From Amoebidium appalachense (lineage: Eukaryota > Protista > Ichthyosporea), in the NCBI GenBank assembly GCA_963693365.1, contig CAVNZM010000012.1, forward strand, positions 620,001-684,000: a stretch of 64,000 bases of DNA, given 5' to 3'. Of the stretch, positions 42,609 through 55,468 are shown one piece after another (positions within the stretch are counted from its first letter, which is position 1; each line of letters opens with the position of its first letter). The translations under genes and the position numbers were made by a program. Below the pieces are notes generated by a model. That model was not told the origin of the DNA and searched no databases. It saw only the letters and a program-made list of their open reading frames with translations.

Positions 42609-42894
42609 GGGGGGCTGGGTTGTCGTACACGTGTAAATGAACCCCCAAGTGTTGTTTATTGGGCTCATTTTGTCTTAAAAGGCAACCTCATATCCAAGGG
42701 ACATAATTCAACAGGATGATAGTATATCAAAGCCGGTAATGCAAAGTCATAAAATAACTTAAAGCAACCAATCACAAGTACATATCAGTGGCCGGTGTAG
42801 AGTGCATCTAAATGTCTAATAGGACAAAATAAAATAGGTCGGACACTCCGCCCACACCACCCAAAGAATAATTGATATTGGGCTTTTACAGTTA

Positions 42895-44322
42895 TTATTC
42901 TTCATAACCCTTCTTTTCCAATTGCATCTCGCTCTCCTGCTGATGAGCAACACCCTCCGCCTCGTGTGCTGAAATTCTCTTGTTAGCAACCATAAACGTG
43001 GTGGGAATTGAGAGCTCAAACAGTGCCCAGCAGATACCAAACTGAATTAGCCACGAGTGTGGGTTGGTGGCCAGGGTGTTGTCAATACTCCAGGCAATAG
43101 CGGCACCGGCAGACTGAACGCCTTTGTAATAGCCCGCAAAGCGCGCACTCTCATCGACGTCATCGGCAATGGCGCCCATGACCCAGTACGCATATGTCTG
43201 CAGCATGGCATCGTTCATGCCGTACAGCAGGAACACGATGATGGGGAAGAAATAGTCAAAGCCGTTGGCAATGTCCAAGCGGGGGCGGCATGTGTTTGTG
43301 TGCGGGGAGTAGATCATGCCGGCACACGTCGGGTCGGTGGACAGGTTCACGTCGAAGCCGCCCTCGTACGACAGCTGCAGGTAGAGACCCAGGGCATAGG
43401 TAATGGTGAAGAATACCCCCAGGATGGCAAGCCCATACAGCCCCCTCTTGCGCATGTTCATGCTCTGGATGTCTAGGAACTTCTGGCCAAACGCCCATGC
43501 GCCGAGCATCTGCGACCCCCAATAGATGGCAGAGTTGAACCCGCGGGAGCGCACGGAGAACAGACCACCGTTAACGGCGTTGAACTGGTAGGTATAGAAC
43601 CAGTTGGAGGAGACAAAGAGCGGGGTCATAAGGAGCATGTTCGGGTTGAGGAACATCGTGGCCACATTCTTGAATTCTTCCAAAGGCCCAGTGGCTGGTG
43701 CAAACTGAATCTTTTCGCCGTCCTCACGAATGACATCCTCGGGGGGAGCCAGAAAAACGAAAGCGGAAATAGACCCCAAGCCCATCAGTGCAGCAAAGGT
43801 GAAGTAGGAAGCAGGGCTGGCCTTGCCGACGTCGTTGTGGAAATTAAGGGCAAAGGAGATGAGACCACCGCACATACCACCCAGGTTGAATATGACCCAG
43901 AAGATTGAGATGTATGTTCCCTTCTTCTCGGGTGTGGCGTAGGCCATCATCATGGCCCCCTGGGCCGTCCAGAACAGACCGGCACCAATACCCAACACGG
44001 CACCAGATAGGATGGCCAGCCAGCCCAAGGAGTCGTTGATGCCGGCCAGGTACTGGGCCACGGCATAGAAACAGTAGGTGGCACCGCCCAAACCCATCAG
44101 GATGCGGTTGCCAAACATGTTGAAGAAGAGGCCACCGAAGTAGCCAAAGATGGCAAAAGTGGCGTACAGCGCCGTGTTGGCATTGTTGGCTACCGTGGGG
44201 TCGTCAGACCCGGCACCACCCAGACCGGAGAGGGCATTGAAGATACCAGGGCAGCAGAAGGCGATGAACGACACGATGACGATCTGTGTCTTCGCTGCGT
44301 TGCGGTTGGCTAGCAAACCCAT
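42895..44322 (-). CDS. UNC93-like MFS membrane protein, 475 aa, intronless
   Basis: FCCPGIFNALSGLGGAG, LGIGAGLFWTAQG, FWVIFNLGG, SNWFYTYQFN, RFAGYYKGVQSAGAA; multiple TM helices; TATAAAA on the minus strand at about 44481-44487. Confidence 0.93.
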   Translation of the reverse strand: MGLLANRNAAKTQIVIVSFIAFCCPGIFNALSGLGGAGSDDPTVANNANTALYATFAIFGYFGGLFFNMFGNRILMGLGGATYCFYAVAQYLAGINDSLGWLAILSGAVLGIGAGLFWTAQGAMMMAYATPEKKGTYISIFWVIFNLGGMCGGLISFALNFHNDVGKASPASYFTFAALMGLGSISAFVFLAPPEDVIREDGEKIQFAPATGPLEEFKNVATMFLNPNMLLMTPLFVSSNWFYTYQFNAVNGGLFSVRSRGFNSAIYWGSQMLGAWAFGQKFLDIQSMNMRKRGLYGLAILGVFFTITYALGLYLQLSYEGGFDVNLSTDPTCAGMIYSPHTNTCRPRLDIANGFDYFFPIIVFLLYGMNDAMLQTYAYWVMGAIADDVDESARFAGYYKGVQSAGAAIAWSIDNTLATNPHSWLIQFGICWALFELSIPTTFMVANKRISAHEAEGVAHQQESEMQLEKKGYEE

Positions 44323-44764
44323 GTTGAAGATTGTGTGTGCGCCTTGGCACGCGGGTGTGTGGGTAGGAGAGCTACTGCTACGGCAATTACGTGTGGTACG
44401 AAAAAGCAAAAAAAGAAAAACAGGGTGGTGTTATGGCCAGGTGCTGTACACACATGTAGGAGGAGTCACTCTGGAGGCGGTTTTATACCCATCGCGTTCC
44501 GATGGAAAAAACTACCAAAAAGGGTAAAAAAACAATGCTTATTTTCCCACATGTTTGCAGGGTTCGATTTCTGTTTTTGGAACTTTGGGGTAGGGTCGGC
44601 CCCAAGGCCCGCCCCCCCCTCAGGCCATGCTGGCCATGGGCACTAATATTTCACCCACATGCACAGTCCACTTGAATCATGTGCACTCGAATCCCCCCTC
44701 CTCCCCCCCTCCCCTCCCCCCTCCCCTCCCCCCTCCCCTCCCCACCCCCTCTCCCCCCCCCCCT

Positions 44765-44796
<32 letters not shown>

Positions 44797-45571
44797 CCCC
44801 GGAGGTTCTTTGGGAATCCGGAAAAAAGTTTGGGAAATCCCCAACTTTTTTTTGAAAATTTTGAGCCCTGCATGCTTGTACTGTGTAGCCCTCGCCCAAT
44901 CAAAATGGGTAGGCTGGCCCCTGGCGGAATATTTATTTAGTGGAATGTGTGTATAGAATTTGATAGTCGCGTCACGCGTGACCCCATGCTATTATATATG
45001 CTTACTTCAGGTTCCATTTCAAAAGCATTTCGATACCATTTTGCACATATGAAGAAAACAGTGAATTTATATGTACTATAAAAATCTATATGTTTCGGTA
45101 AGGAAATTTCTGCTTCAAATCTTGCATAAAACCGCCGGCCGTAACCAGTTCACGAACTCCAGCACGGTATTTCAATTGGCCCCGAGAAATGGCAGGCACA
45201 TTCCACGCACCAATACGTTATGGGCGTTATTCTCAAAAAAGCCAAATATGGCTAAAAAGCAAAAAAAAGCCAACCAATCCTAATTACATAATGATTTTCG
45301 GCGGCAGTCAGTTGCCGTCACATTCCAGTGGCGCCAGAGTACTGACTGTCACAGCTGCAGTGAACTGTCACGGAACGTTCACAATCCCATGGATGGCCAA
45401 CTGCCAACTTGCCAAGTGCCAAACAGCTAACCTGCCTGCCGGGCCCTGCCCCCAACCGTCTCCGTCCCCAAATATCTGCCAGCGTGCGACCTCCGGCGTC
45501 CTCCGCCTTAATGAAACAGAAAACTGCAGAAGGGCCTCCCGAGGCTCCCAGATCTGTAGACGTCATCTAAT

Positions 45572-46108
45572 GGTTCGATTCGTGTCAAAAGCCAGATTGC
45601 CAGATTGCCAGATTAAAAACCGCCTCGCCAAAAATGGTTATTCGTCGATCAATCGAATCGGAACGTAAAATTTAAACAAAATTTTAAGGCCAGATTCAAT
45701 TTGACCCCTCTTCCAGATTCCAGAATCTGGCGACCCCCCCCCCCCCCCTTCCAGATTGCCAGATTGACCCTGCGCCTTACGATTGGCCACGCCAGCACCA
45801 TATAAAGTTCGTATCCAATCCTAGGCGTTTTGCCTTATTAGTATAGCTTTTCAAAAATGCATAAAACTTGGTAATAAATGCCCATTTAACAAAATAAAAA
45901 TTATTTAAATAATATTTCAAAACTATTATTGTTCATTAAGATAAGCCAAGATATTCTATTACTGCGCAAAATGGCAAGTGCCTTCTTGACCCAAAAAGCT
46001 AGATTTTAGCTCTACAAGAACCGGACCGAAATCTAGCCTTTCTGGAATAACATCAAAATTCTGGCATTCTGGCAATCTGGCAATCTGGCTTTTGACACGA
46101 ATCGAACC
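45572..46108. mobile_element. MITE with ~41-bp TIRs and a 3-bp AAT TSD (PIF/Harbinger-related group likely)
   Basis: ggttcgattcgtgtcaaaagccagattgccagattgccaga and its reverse complement ending at 46108; aat on both flanks; internal ccagatt repeats. Confidence 0.85.
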
Positions 46109-46434
46109 AATGAAAGGGTCTGCGGTTTCTTCTCGGCCTGAGACCGACCCTTTCGTTGTTTCTCTCATGCACTGTCAGGAAGTCACGCGTTGTGGAAGGT
46201 GGTGGAAGACCGGACTCAACCGTTTCCCCGCTTTTGACGGCTTGTCTCACGCACATATAGATGGATTATCATTGTACAATCATGATGATTCAGACATGCA
46301 TGCACATCATGGGCCACTAGCAGTAGTACGTACAATAGTAGTAGCTGTGCATTCACACAAGTCTTTGCGCCTCTCAAACGCCTCTCACACACACACGCAC
46401 AGACATGTACACAACTTGTGTAACACACACACAC

Positions 46435-46488
<54 letters not shown>

Positions 46489-46510
46489 ACACACACGCAC
46501 ACGCACACAC

Positions 46511-46584
<74 letters not shown>

Positions 46585-47364
46585 CAAACACAACACACAC
46601 ACACACACACACACACAATATATATTTTATGTTGCACACACACACAAACACACACACACACTGTAACGTACGGTTGGAAAGGTAGCCCTACGTTACACAA
46701 CCACACATACGTGTGCACACACACCGTGACCACACAGGCATGCATACAAGCACACGTTGTGACATGGCAAACGGGTACACACATTCGCAATACACACACA
46801 AACGCACTACGGACACACAAACATACACCCGCACCGTGCACATACGTACACACCACACACCGTTAAACCACACAGCTCTCGTGTCACTGATACAGGGCCT
46901 CACAAATCAACAAGCACACATGATAGGTGTGCCGCACGTGTCACACTCGCAACCATGCAAATTCTTCCGTTCGTTCTACACTACAGAGAATCTTTAGTAA
47001 TACCCTGCTGCCTGTGGCCCTTGTTCAAGAAGTTGTGCACTGTGAAGTCATCACCCCCCCTTTCCCCCCCTCTCCCCACGGCCCCCCCCTGCCCTCCCCT
47101 CCCTCACTTAGTCTACCCCCCTCCCGTCCCCCGTTCTCTTTATCTTGTTTTCCAGCCAGCTTAGCCATTATATTCGGCACACTACTGCTATATATACACA
47201 TGCATATGTACGTTATACTTTTATTGTATACATATAAATAATATTCAATGACCCCTGTAGTGCATAACGCCCTCCCCTCTCCCCCCCCCTCCCACCACCA
47301 CCACTACCACCCGCCCACCCACCCACCCCACAACACACATACACACACACGGTGACTACTGACA

Positions 47365-47431
<67 letters not shown>

Positions 47432-47437
47432 AGACAT

Positions 47438-47549
<112 letters not shown>

Positions 47550-47734
47550 AAAAAAAAGGGGAAAAAAACCTCCCCTTCGGGCCCCCACCCCTTCCTCTGA
47601 CTCAAAATCATTCGGCCACTGAATATGGTCCGATTGCATTGCAGGACACATATCCCACGTCGTTTTAGTGCCATTTTTGTCAAGATTGTGCGTGTTGGCA
47701 TTAATGGCAATTCAGCCGAGTGTCAAAATAATGG

Positions 47735-48122
47735 AGGGCCCAACCGCATCGGCAGAGTCAATTTGAAAAAAGCAGAAATATTCTGCACAAGCGGAATTAT
47801 TCTGCAAAAAGCGGAATTATTCTGCAAAAAGCAGAATCATTCTGCTTTCGACAGCAGGATATTTCTGCTTTTAGAAGAATAATTCTGCTTTTAGCAGACT
47901 GTTCTGCTTTTAGCAGATTGATTCTGCTTTTAGCAGATCGATTCTGCTGTTTGCAAAGTGATTCTGCTTTTGCAGAATAATTCTGCTTTTAGCAGATTGA
48001 TTCTGCTTTTGCAGAATAATTCTGTATTTAGCAGAATGATTCTGCTTTTTGCAGAAAAATTCTGCATTTTGCAGAATAATTCTGCTCGGAGCAAGTTGAC
48101 TCAGCCGATGTGGTTGGGTCCT
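47735..48122. mobile_element. Fold-back MITE with ~31-bp TIRs, 6-bp TAATGG TSD and an internal array of palindromic ~20-bp units
   Basis: agggcccaaccgcatcggcagagtcaatttg versus caagttgactcagccgatgtggttgggtccct; taatgg at 47729-47734 and 48123-48128; repeated GCAGAATAATTCTGC units. Confidence 0.85.
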
Positions 48123-48711
48123 TAATGGCAGGGGTTAGATCGGCGAAGCGAGTAAGGGAGTTGATAATTATTAAGATCCACTGTATCCTAAATACCCGCT
48201 TTTCGTTTTCGTTTTCCTTTTCTTTTTATTTCTCGTTATGAATCATTTAATTCTTTGGGTGGGTGGGTGGGGGGTGGGTGGGTGGGTGCCTGAGGGTAGG
48301 AAAGTGGGGGATATATTAGCGTTAGTTAGGATTTACACACACTACCAACCACGGCAACACGGACATTAAACTTTATCGTCCAAATGCTAACGGATGATGC
48401 CACCAACCCGACTATCACACACCATTAAACCGAAGCGTACCAACTCAGGCCAACACACACCAACACCACATCGCAGCCAGTCGTCTGTTTTACCCGTTCC
48501 TACATCTGCCTTGGGTTCCCTTTCTTTTTAAACCCAAATTACCGTCCAAGTCTTACCTCCCAGTGATGATCAGATGTGCAACAGAACACACATCTTAGCT
48601 GCATGAACCACACTTGACACTTACCCCCCCCCCCCCCCTCCCCCCCCCCCCCCCCCCTCCCCCCAAACGAAAAAATCATTCCTCCCCCCTCCCCAACCCC
48701 CCCCCCCCCCC

Positions 48712-48742
<31 letters not shown>

Positions 48743-49119
48743 AAAAGAAAAGAAAAGATCTTTCTTAAAGCCCCTATCACTACTTCTTGCCTTCCCTGTC
48801 CATCAACCCACTCAGTCATCATAATATCAACAAACTGAGACCCTGCAAGGTTCCAGTAAGGTCCCTTCTTCATGACCAACCCCAGTGCCGTCTCTCCCCC
48901 CCCCCTCTCTCCCCCCCCCCCCCCTCATCCTTCCCTCCCCAACCTCCTCCCCCTGTCCCCTCCCCCCCCCCCCCGCTCCACACACACACAGAATCTAACT
49001 CGCCGCAACCCCCCTCAACCCCCCCCCTCCCCCTTTCAAAGACCCCCTTTGCTAACTGAGGCTCTCTCTTTCCGAATCACTCATTGATTTCCCCCCACGC
49101 CTGTTCAACCACCTAAAGC

Positions 49120-49157
<38 letters not shown>

Positions 49158-49356
49158 ACGCCCTTCTCCCAATCTCCTCACAATAGAAAGATAGTCAACC
49201 CACATGCCGTCCCTTGTTTCCGTAGTTGACATAAAAACCAAGCCAATCCTCCCGGCCACAATCCTTTTTTGGTGCAAAGCATGGCTTCGGTCTCCCGTCT
49301 ATCTCATGCCTCCTTTCCAAGTGGACTCCCTCATCCCCCTCCTATGCAAATCACCC

Positions 49357-49388
<32 letters not shown>

Positions 49389-49801
49389 CCCTTCCCCTCC
49401 TCCCGCATTGCCAAATTTACGGTCCTAGATGCCCCCCTACCAGCCCACCCGTATTCCGAACCTGTGCACGGCAGCGGCCAATAATGTGCATTGATCACAG
49501 GAGGTGGGGAGGGGGAAGGAGGAAAGGTGGAGGGGGGGGGTGAGAGGGGGGGGGGGGGGGGGGGGGGGGGGAAGGGGGGGGGGGGGGGGACTGTGAGAAC
49601 CAGGTTGGGCCTGCAGGATTTTGATCTTAGTATCCCCCCCCCCCCCCCCCCCCCCTCCTCCTCTCCCTTCCCTCCCCCCCCCCCAAAAAAGGAACGGAAA
49701 AAGAAAGAGAAAGAAAAAGAAAGGGAACGGGATGGGCTATGACCATGAATCCATGCTGGTGATTGAAGGATGCAATCCAGGCACCGTGTAATGCACACAG
49801 T

Positions 49802-49847
<46 letters not shown>

Positions 49848-50304
49848 AAAGACAATCCACTCGTCACAAACGACCATGATATGGCAATATCATCCTTAAC
49901 AGTTCCAGCTACGCATATGGAAAGAACACAAAGCAAGCATATGAGCGGTGCACACTTGACAGTTTGTATCGTGAGACCATTTCATTGGTGAAGCTGGGGC
50001 ACAGATTGCCAAATATGGCAATATGGCGATGGGAGGATGCCTGATGCCACACCCTAAGTCAGCAGCACCAGATTAATGAACAGTGTGGGTGTTAGATCTT
50101 GATTGAGAGGAGAGAGAGGAGTGATCCCCCCACCCCCCTCCCCTTGCCCTCCCCGGGTCCGCCCCCCCCCCCCCCCCCTCCCCCTCCCCCTGCCGCCGCA
50201 CACACACACACCACCACCACCGCCCCTTTTTTTTTTTGAGCACGGCCGGAGTGGGTGTGAGTGGGGGAAGGGGGGGGGGGGGGAGAGGGGGGGCTCTCGG
50301 GGGG

Positions 50305-50392
<88 letters not shown>

Positions 50393-50544
50393 CGTGCGTG
50401 CGTGCATGGCCAGCAGGGAGAGGGGGGGAGTATGGGGATGGGGAGGTGAGGGGGAAGAGGGAAAAGACGAAGGCTCACTCACTGCGGTGCTCATTGGTTC
50501 CGAATGTGTGGGTGCACGTGCGAGGTTTTACTCCAATGTGTGTA

Positions 50545-50908
50545 TATGCATGTATACATGAACATATACATGCATGTGTACATGCATGTATACATGTATA
50601 CATGCATGTGTACATGAACATATACATGCATGTGTAGGTACATGAACATATACATGCATGTGTACATGAACATATACATGAATGCCTACATCAACATATA
50701 CATGCATGTGTACATGCATGTATACATGTATACATGCATGTGTACATGAACATATACATGCATGTGTACATGAACATATACATGCATGTGTACATGAACA
50801 TATACATGCACGTGTACGTGTGCCTGTACGTGTGCCTGTACGTGTGCCTGTACGTGTGCCTGTACGCGTGCCTGTACGTGTGCCTGTACGCGTGCCTGTA
50901 CGTGTACC
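50545..50908. repeat. Adjacent minisatellites: 24-bp (catgaacatatacatgcatgtgta) then 12-bp (cgtgtgcctgta)
   Basis: Tandem units are directly visible. Confidence 0.9.
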
Positions 50909-52496
50909 CATAGATTTACGTGTCCGAGGCTGTGTCAAATTCGCAAGAGGCCAACATGTTTTGCTGAAAACAGATTTCCGATGGCCTGACCTAAATTGGT
51001 AACACCGAAACATTCTTTTCATGACAAAGATGCATATCTTCCGCTGTCGACTTTTTTGGGGCCACTCTCTCGCCCAATCAGCGAAATCGAACTGATATGC
51101 ATGCAGTATGCTATTAGGACTGGCCCCAAGTTGCAAATGGCATTTCAGATTTGCAAGCGGATGGGGATATTACTTTTTCGAAAATGCCCCTTCTTGTGAT
51201 TGTTCAATCTCATCATTCCAATCAAATATAATAGATATCCCGACCTAAATCACGAATTCTTCCCTGATCGATCCCTCCCCTCCTCCCCCCCCCCCCCCCA
51301 ACCATCCCCCCCCCACCCTTCCCCCCCCCCCCCCTCCCTCCCCCCCCCCCCCCCCCAACCATCACCACCACCCCCCCCAACACCTCTACCCTCCCCCCCC
51401 CTCACACACACCCACACCCGACTCCCACCAACATCACAACACGCACACACACCACCCTCTCCAAACTCGGGATCCACTTTTTCGAAATGGGCATACATAC
51501 ATCTCATTGCTGGTTGAAATGAAAAGTGCACACACTGCAGAGGAAGGGGTGAGGTAAGGCGGAATGGCAGGTGAGGGGGAAAGAGTGGGGTGGGAGGGGG
51601 GGAGGGGGGGGGGGGGGGAGTCCCGGAGGGGGGTTAGAGAGGGGAGAGAGGGTGCGACAAGAGGGGGGAGAGGGGGGAGGGGGGAGGGGGAGGGGAAGGG
51701 GGGGGGAGCAGGCAAACAGTTGCAATGGAGAGCGAGCCTGGGAAGGCCACTCTCTGTCTGTATGGCGCATACCACATACCTCCTGTAGCGGCAGAAAACT
51801 GGTGCCAGTTCATAATATCCTTTCTTTGGGAAGGGGGCCAGGGGGGGGGGGGGGGGAGGAGGGGGGGGGAGGGGGGGGGACGAAGTGATTGGTACGGCAT
51901 CGCAAATGAAATTATCCGAAAGAGAAAACAGCGAGGTGAGAGGATGATTAGTGTGTGGAGGGGGGGTGGGGTTCTTGGTGGGTTGGTGTGTGTGCTTGTG
52001 TGTGTATAAGGGGGGAGGAAGGGGTGGGGGGGGGGGGGGGTGGTGGCTGCCAGAGACAATTTCATGTACTATGACGTACCAATCACTTTGTCATCCCCCC
52101 CAGCCCTCCCCACGCCCCTTCCCCCCAAAAAAGGAATTAAAGAACTGAGACCAAATTTCTACCGCAACAGGAGGAGCAAGTGTGGTCTGCACCTTGCCGA
52201 CATAGGTCGGTACTCCCAGGGTTGGATGTCAAGTGCCTCTAGCATATATTAAGGTTGATCTGCAGGTAGGCTGGTTACCATATTTGGAAGTGAGCACATA
52301 GCAGGACCCAATGGCACCACGAATAGGCCTAAAAGTTTCCTGGACTCGGGGGGGAGGGGAGGCAGGGGGGGGGGGGGAGGGGGAAGGGGAGAGAGAGAGA
52401 GGGGGGGGGGGGGGGGTGGAAGGGGAGGGGGGCTGAAGAGCAGGTAGGAGAAGCAGATATATTGCCAGAAAACGACGAAAAGGGCTTGCAAGGGAA

Positions 52497-52577
<81 letters not shown>

Positions 52578-52646
52578 CGTGTGTGTGTGTGTGAATGAAT
52601 GTTTGTGTGTGCGTGTATGTGTGCGTGTGTGTGTGTGTGAATGAAT

Positions 52647-52711
<65 letters not shown>

Positions 52712-52735
52712 CGCGTGTGTTGTGTGTATGTGGGT

Positions 52736-52766
<31 letters not shown>

Positions 52767-53845
52767 GGGGGAGGGGGGGCGGGGGCTAAGTGTGTGTGGG
52801 TGTGTGGTTGTGTGCGTGTAGGTGTGGGGGTCTATGCGGATGTGCCTGCCTGTGCTTGTGTGTGTATGCTTATGCTTGTGCATGTGCGTGTGTGTGTGTG
52901 TGTGCTTGTGTGGGGGGGGAGGGTGGGAGTTGGAGTGGTGGGTGCATGTACGTGTGCATGCGGGCGAGCGTGTGTGTGTGCATGTGTGTGTGTGTGTGTG
53001 GGTGGGTGTGTCTGCACGTGCTTGTGTGTATCGGTGAGTCAATGTGTTGGGAGGGGGGGTTTTTTTTTTTGGTGGGGGGGGGGGGGGGGAGGGGGGCAGG
53101 GAGGGAGGCTGGGCCAAGTAAAACTGTGCTCTTGGTTCCAACCACACACGATACAGGGTCATGGCCCCTCCCGCTTCCCCCCCCCCCCCCGGGGGCCCCC
53201 CTCCCCCCCCTCCCCCTCCCCCCTCCTCCCCCTCCTCTTCCCCCCCCTCCCCCCTCTCTCTTCCCGCCCTCCTCCCCCTCCCTCCCCTCGCCTCTGTCTC
53301 AAGATCTTTGTATATCACAAGCGATCTGGTACAAAAATTGTTCCTTTCCCCCACCCCTTCACCCCTGCACGAACGGTTACTGATTGCGATCACACAAGGG
53401 ACACTTGTAGGCACGATGGGGGCATGGGGTGTTGGGGCTTAGAAGGAAGGAGGAGAGGGAGGGGAGGAGGGGGGGGGGGGGAGATATCTCGGGGTGGTGA
53501 GAGTGTGGCCGGGCTGATGTCAGGAGTAGGGAGGGGAGGTAGATAGGTGCGTGTGTGTGTGTGTGTGTACAAGGGGATAAGGGGTGGGGGTGGGGGGGAG
53601 CGGGGGGGGGGGGGGGGGGCACGAAAGGACGGGAAGAGTACTTGTGCCAAAAAGGTACGGGAAACAGGCTGGTGTTGGAGGAGGGGGAAAGTTGGGATAG
53701 GGAGGGGCAGAGGGGAGGGGGAAGGAGGGGGGGATAGGGAGGGGCAGAGGGGAGGGGGAGGTGGTGAAGGCGGGGAGATAGGGACATTAGAAGTATTCAT
53801 GTGTGCAGGTGCAGTGGGTCTGTCTAATTGCGCTTTAACACAGAC

Positions 53846-53938
53846 TTAAAGCATCACTCTGTTAGTGTTTGTTTATTAAAGCATCACTCTGTTAGTGTTT
53901 GTTTATTAAAGCATCACTCTGTTAGTGTTTGTTTATTA
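53846..53938. repeat. 30-bp tandem repeat, three copies
   Basis: ttaaagcatcactctgttagtgtttgttta three times. Confidence 0.9.
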
Positions 53939-54148
53939 GTGGATAGGGGCCAGCCTCACCCACCGCCGACCAATGGCTGCTCACAGAGCTGCGCCAACTT
54001 TAAGGGGCCTATACCATACATGGAACCATTGATCATCCCTTAATCTATACACCACCATTAGGCCGGTCGACAGACCAGCGCATATTATAAGCCTCAACAA
54101 CCATTATCCCATACATTTCCATAATCACCATAATAGGCAACTACCAAA

Positions 54149-55437
54149 TTAAGCAAGTGTGCGGTCGCCAGCAGCGATATCAACACCCGTGACCCCTTCG
54201 GCCACATCCGCAACGTCATTCACCGCCTTAACCACGGCATTCACCTTCTCCTCCACCTCAGCGCGCTGATTGGCCGGCAGCTGAGCCACGGCATTCTCAA
54301 TAGCGTTAAGGCGCGCGTCCTCAGTTGTAGCGGGAGCGTTCACATTTTGACGCTGTGCACCGTACGAAGCGCGTGCACCTGTAGATGTGCGTGCGCCGGA
54401 AGAGCGGGGGGTCGCGGATGCGCGGGCGGTCTGTAGGTTCTGGTCGACAGAGTACTTCATAGCAACCAGGTTGGCCTTAACGGTCTCATAGGCGGGGTTG
54501 GCCGGGTCAGACTTTTGCAACTGTTCGACTTTCTCGACTGCAGCATCCACTTTGCGTGCTGCGACCTTATTCTGAACGGCGCCGATAGATGCGCGTGCAA
54601 TGCGTTGGTCCTGTGCATGGAACACGTCCAAAACATCGCGCATGTTGACGAGGGTTGCGGTGCGATACTTGAACACATCGTACTTGATGACAAGGTGATA
54701 GGTGAGTGCCTTGAATGCGTCCTGGATAAACCACCACACAATGCAATAGATCCAAATCCACAGCGCAAACAGTTTGTATTCGGCCCCCGCTAGACCTTGC
54801 ACGGAGATGTGGTCGGTTTCACCTTCGGGCCAGACACATGCCAGGATCGTGGAGATGGTAAGGGCCGTGCATGCGGCGCCAAGAAGAAGGGGGGAGGGGA
54901 CTGTCTCCCAGAAGAACCCGGTGGTACGTGCACTGAAAAGGGTGAGGAAGTCCGACAGAGACACCTGTGGGGGGGTCGAGGAGTGGGTCAGGTTTTATGT
55001 CAAGAAGTGGTGAAGTGGTTGGAATGCAATGCGATAGGTGCGTAAGTGGTATGAATGTGGCACGCAGCTTTGGTCGGAGAGCCGTTGGATGAGTATGTGT
55101 GCGGGTGTTTGTGTCTGTAGGTAGGTGGGGGTGGGGTAGGGTGGGTGGGGGGCGAAGGGGGGGGGGGGGGGGGGAGGGGGAGAGAGAGAGGGGGGGGGGG
55201 GGGGGAGGGGGGGAGGGGGCGGCTGAGCATAAGCATCGAGCAAGGTGTAAAACAAGGGTTTTTTGGGGGGGGGGGGAGGGGGGGGGGGAGGAGGTGACAA
55301 AGCCGATGAAATGTTTTTTTTCCTTATTGTTTTCAATCGGGTGGTGCTGTTGGTGGGTGGGTGGGGGGGAAGGGGGGGGGGGGGGGGGGGGGGGGGTTTC
55401 GGGGGGAAAGAGGGAGCGGGCACAAAAAGGGAAGGGG

Positions 55438-55468
<31 letters not shown>

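Noticed and set aside
47766-48086. Palindromic repeat array as a CRISPR or attC array
   Set aside because: Spacers are only 3-6 nt of A/T and the array is enclosed by TIRs and a TSD.
49730-50100. Coding-like stretch, and another at 52160-52330
   Set aside because: Stops in all frames within about 60 codons and no recognisable motif.
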